Below, in pieces: positions 59,605-64,000 of a stretch of 64,000 nt of DNA. Position 1 is the first letter of the stretch. Each line of letters opens with the position of its first letter. This DNA is from Asterias rubens. Its lineage: Eukaryota. The stretch is from the NCBI RefSeq assembly GCF_902459465.1, contig NC_047062.1, positions 27,838,001 to 27,902,000 of the forward strand, read 5' to 3'. Under the pieces are notes generated by a model. That model was not told the origin of the DNA and did no database searches. It saw only the letters and a list, made by a program, of their open reading frames with translations. Made by a program: the position numbers and the translations under genes.

Positions 59605-60311
59605 CTATAACATTAATAACACAAAATAAAAGAAGGAAACAAATGTGTAAGAAAAGATATTCAAATGAGAAATATTTATCTTTTGAGAAAGACTCTGCTA
59701 CAGTAGGTTCGAAATGTCAGACCATTAACTATTTTTGCAAGAAAGTTTACATGTATATATACATTCTTAAGAAGTAAGAAGGTTGTACATTTCTGGCAAG
59801 ATGTGACAATAAGAACATTGTACATTTCTGGTAAATGCACCAGACTCATGTTCTGGTGGCAAAGATTCTTGCTCATTTTCGAACAAATGAATAAAAGTAT
59901 CTTTCGCGGCGGCTATCTTTATAATGGGGAAAAAAGAATTGGGCATTATGAATATTGATACGCTGTGTGAAGATTCTTGTGCATTTATCCTGAAAATGTA
60001 TATTCGCTACTTTTTATAGGAGCTGGGGACCGAGAAAAACTCCTCTTTTATATTGTATTTATTAATTGTTAATTGTTATTAATTGTAACTTTGGGTGTGA
60101 TCCCTGGCTACAGGGAGGTTAACAAATGTTTGTGTATGGCTTCTGACTGGCACCCAAACACTGATAATGACACGATAGGAGGATTGCTAACACAGCGCTA
60201 GAGAGCTCAGTGGGTAGAGCTCCAGCAGGTTAAAGTTGAGTCAATTTGTCTTTGTTTAAACCACAATTATTTTCCAACAATAATATATATCAAATATGTA
60301 AACAGGTTTAC

Positions 60312-60431
60312 CACTGCAATGCCATCCAATGCCTTTAGTGTCTTGAGATGATAAACGACAAACAACCTGTAATTATCCACTGAGGCTACAGGGTTACCAC
60401 ACAGATCTAAGATGACAAAGTTTGGCAGATT
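60312..60431 (-). CDS. LRRC9: LRRC9 orthologue coding exon (most 5' exon recognised in the window)
   Basis: ttttcAG / GTAAAC boundaries. Reads NLPNFVILDLCGNPVASVDNYRLFVVYHLKTLKALDGIAV, cf. LVILDMCGN..NYRLFVIFHLPELKALDGI. Confidence 0.9.
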
Positions 60432-61122
60432 CTGAAAAAGAAGATGTATTAAATAAGTAGCCAGTTTAGCTCTTCAAATCCTTAATGTTGTTTGCAATTA
60501 CTAACAGACGGGATGTGTGGTTTGATTAATGTGACTAGCTGTTTACCATGTACATATATATACATGTACACGTATTGCACATCCAGGCCAATCAGAAATA
60601 AAGGAGAGAGTTAAGGGTACAATCAGACTCCAACTCAGTCAATGGGTTACAACTTATTTGCATATCATGTACACTACATGAGTTTCAGGGTGGCATATAA
60701 AGATATACTTTTGTGCATTCAAACTAGTTTATGAATAAGTGCTTCCCTGGGCCCCGGTCTGCCCCTGGTACGTTCAAAAAGCTTTGACGTTATTCCAGGG
60801 GCTCACCCAGGTCAGCCCCAAGTGCCCTGCTTGTGGAACGGGTCACTTAGGGCTGGCCCCAGGTGCATGACGTCACAACGAGAGGGTGAGTGATTGTTCG
60901 TTTAGCACATCCGGGTGTTCATTATTAACTCTGTAATCAAAACAACATAAATATGCATGTATAATGCATGTACTAAACAATTGATGCATGCTGAGACGGG
61001 CGGGGTCCATGGTATTTTTGTACACCCGAGGGAGGAAATGGCACCCGAGGCGAAAGTGCCATTTTCCCCCGAGGGTGTACAAAACTTTTCTAAAAGTTAT
61101 TTTGTCATCTTCAAACATTATA

Positions 61123-62462
61123 CAGTCGACTCCCGTTATTACGAGCTCGCATATTATGAGGTTCCGGTTACTACAAGGTTTTTTGCCGGTCCCGAACTGC
61201 CCCATGCGTGTTTCAATGCATTAAAATATTGATTATACGAGCACGGTAGTAGCGAGAACACGGTTATAACGGGGTACTTTGGGCGACCCATTACGAGATA
61301 ACATTGTTAAAAACCCTTTTATAACGAGAACAATACAAAAACCAACAAAGAAAATACCTGTACAGACTGTAAAGTTGTTATTTGTGGCTTTTACAAGACA
61401 TGCAAAAGAGATGTTTTGTTAAGTGGACGCTACCGCTAATCCGAAATCGGGAGTCACGATCGAGTCAGCAATTGCTAATTCCAAACTCCGGACAATGGAG
61501 GGATTATGAGGTTTCCATGGTTCAAACAATCCAGAAATCTTTAGAAAAGATACTGTTCCACTGAGTGTAAACGCACATAAGCATTTTCAGAAGAAAGAAA
61601 CCACCCTCACCTTACACGCAAAACTAGTTGCGTGATCAATATTATTGAATGCAAAGCAATATTTTACCTGGTATCCCACACTGGCAATGAACCATCTAAC
61701 ATGACACAGGTGTTTACCAATGAAAATGAAGATTCTGTTTTTTTTTGGTTAACTGCTAGTTGCAACTAGGTGTATTGCACGTGCACACACATACATGAGG
61801 AATATAACACGGAACAGCAAGATCTTCCCTGGTATCTCGCGTTAGCAATGAACCATCTATTATAACATTAGTGGTTACCAATGAAAATTCAGCTTTTATT
61901 TTATTGACTGCTACGGGCGAAGTTTTTCACAGCGTGTGCAATACGATTGCAGCAGCAAGATTTTCCCTGGTATCTCGCAGTAGCAATGAACCATCCAGCA
62001 TTAAATAGGTTTTTACCAATGAAAACCAAGACTCTATTTATTGCATTGGCAATAAACTGCCGGCGACCAAAGTTTTGCAAGGGAAACTTCCCAAATTATG
62101 AACGCAAGTTAAAATCTCACACATTTTTTCAATCTTGTGAAATGTTAATTGATTTTAAAATTGAATTTAAAACTTAACTAAATTAGTTAAATAGTTTTAT
62201 TAGCCCAATTTTGTGTTTGTTTGTGCAGTACATCGCACACTCTACTCTATGCACACAGTAGTCAATTGCAGCTCTGCCATGCATCTGTGTACACACGTGC
62301 AGTCGTTATGTCATGTACATGTACGTGTACATGCAAGTACACGTGTTGTGTGCATGCACAGTGATGACGTATGTATCTATATTTAGCGCGCTGCGTTTAA
62401 GACGAGATAATACAAGAAAAAAGGGCCAGTTCGGCGGACCTTGTATTAACGGGAGTCGACTG
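61123..62462. mobile_element. Tc1/mariner (Tigger/pogo-like) non-autonomous element
   Basis: TA|CAGTCGACTCCCGTTATTAC ... GTATTAACGGGAGTCGACTG|TA; three internal diverged ~145-bp repeats at 61660-62020. Confidence 0.8.
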
Positions 62463-62789
62463 TAGCGACATTATAGTATGCATATATAGGATTTGAGGCA
62501 TTACATGGTGAGGTATCAATATATATATGTATGGCTTGCGATAACACAATGTGTGTATCTACTTGCCAGGTAGAGTTTATTCTTAGAGAACTGTCTTGCT
62601 TTATTCTACTACCGCGGAGTAGATTGTTCGGGTGTTCGGGAGACTTCTCAGTTCTGAAAAGAACTTTCCTGCTTATTAACTTTTACCTGGACGAATGGTA
62701 TAGAACTGTACTACTGCGGAGTCAGTTCTTGGGTTTGGTCTCAACGTTTGGACTAGCTTGCTCTAGTCATCGTCAGGAGACTTGTTTTA

Positions 62790-64000
62790 GAAACCCCTCG
62801 GGTGTAGTGAGGCGTGTCAGTATGTGGGGGTTGTTCGGGATAGGATAGTGTGCCAAATACTGCTGATGAAATAGCCGATATCTTGTGGCACAGTGTCGTG
62901 TCTGTGTATTTCGATAGCTTCCCTTATACGCCTTGTATACCAATGTCTCCCAGGTGCTATGATTCGAGCCTAATTTGTTAATGGTCTCTTTAAATCCAAT
63001 GATAACAAACAGCATTTTGGGGCTTTTGTCCGCAGTAGGAAACAAGCTCCAGCCCCTCCTTCATTTAATCATGGCCCAAATGTTTTAAGTAAACCTCTTG
63101 ACATAGCCAATGCTTTTAATGATCACTTTGTTCCTGTTTTCTCTCCATCTGTTACTGTCAGTGATGAACCCCCAAATTGTGATTTTCCTATTCCTGAGTT
63201 TTCCTCTGTTCAATTTACCGTCGGTGATATTCGTAACATCATCAAGTCCCTTCCTGTGGGGAAGGCCCCTGGTCCTGATGGTATTAGCGCTGCGTTTTTG
63301 CGTAACACTATAGATCCTTTATCACACATACTACATAAAATATTCCAGATCTCTCTTGTCATCGGCCAACTTCCTAAAAGTTGGAAACTTGCTAATATTT
63401 CTCCAGTTTTTAAGTCAGGTGATTGTTCCCTTCTAGCTAATTACAGGCCTATTGCCCTCACCTCATTGGTAAGCAAGTTGATGGAGAGAGTATTGTCTAA
63501 TAGTATGAAGATGCATCTTGGTGACAATGGCCTTTTAAACGAAAGCCAACATGGTTTTGTTGCACAAAGATCATGTGTGAGCCAGCTTTTAAATGTTCAC
63601 CATGCTTGGGCTTCTGTTCTTGACCAGCGTAGTCCACCCAGGATAGATGCTGTCTTTCTAGACATGTCTAAAGCCTTTGACCGTATGCCTCACCATCACT
63701 TGCTTACCAAATTTAGTACTATGTTTAACATTAGGGGTCCTCTTTGGAGATGGGTCAAAGATTGTCTGATCGGCCGTCAACAACGGGTGCACTTTCTTGG
63801 GGAAACATCTAAATGGGCCAATGTTCATTCAGGCGTACCACAAGGGAGTGTTCTCGGCCCCTTGCTCTTCAACTTGTTTATTAATGACATTACATTTGGA
63901 TTAAATTCTAGTTGTGTATTATTTGCTGATGACATATTAATCTATCGATCAATCAAATCTATTAATGATGTAACTGTTTTACAACAGGATCTAGACAACC
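62790..64000 (+). mobile_element. CR1-clade LINE RT, open to the window end (missing from the ORF track because there is no stop in the window)
   Basis: Frame from 63001: ANAFNDHF, KAPGPDGIS, WKLANISPVFKSG, NYRPIALTSLVSKLMER, QHGF..RSC, FLDMSKAFD, GVPQGSVLGPLLF, FADD. Confidence 0.92.

Noticed and set aside
60190-60260. tRNA gene (AGCTCAGTGGGTAGAGC)
   Set aside because: Only the D-arm/A-box remains and the B-box region is deleted, so it is a decayed SINE head.
1-64000. Bacterial or viral contamination, or a prokaryotic defence system
   Set aside because: Spliceosomal exon-intron structure of two metazoan genes spans the window, and every long ORF is explained by eukaryotic retroelements.

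Overview
AT-rich animal genomic DNA. The repeat landscape suggests a marine invertebrate, probably an echinoderm such as a sea star (inference only). Two convergent host genes are present as scattered exons with consistent splice sites and phases. The last four coding exons of a CLHC1 (clathrin heavy chain linker domain-containing 1) orthologue lie on + (2262-34796), and the last ten coding exons of an LRRC9 orthologue lie on - (60431-39190). The introns are packed with nested mobile elements: a near-intact L2/Crack LINE, CR1, RTE, Tx1 and R4/Dong (RLE) remnants, a Penelope-like element with inverted pseudo-LTRs, an internally deleted DIRS element with intact ITR/ICR, a shattered Gypsy element, tRNA-derived SINEs, Kolobok-, Harbinger- and Tigger-like MITEs, Crypton-like palindromes, Helentron-type (HINE) satellite-bearing elements and several minisatellites. 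The most unusual observations are: a 17-unit ~130-bp satellite whose conserved core is a TGACCC-N8-AGGTCA-N5-RGGTCA nuclear-receptor composite (ER8+DR5) overlapping an ETS dyad; a 21-copy array of a tRNA T-arm hairpin; candidate hammerhead and HDV-like ribozymes; a frame-preserving cryptic cassette exon made by partial exon duplication; and a templated-insertion duplication. No CRISPR array, rRNA or intact tRNA was seen. All protein identities come from recalled family similarity, not from database searches.
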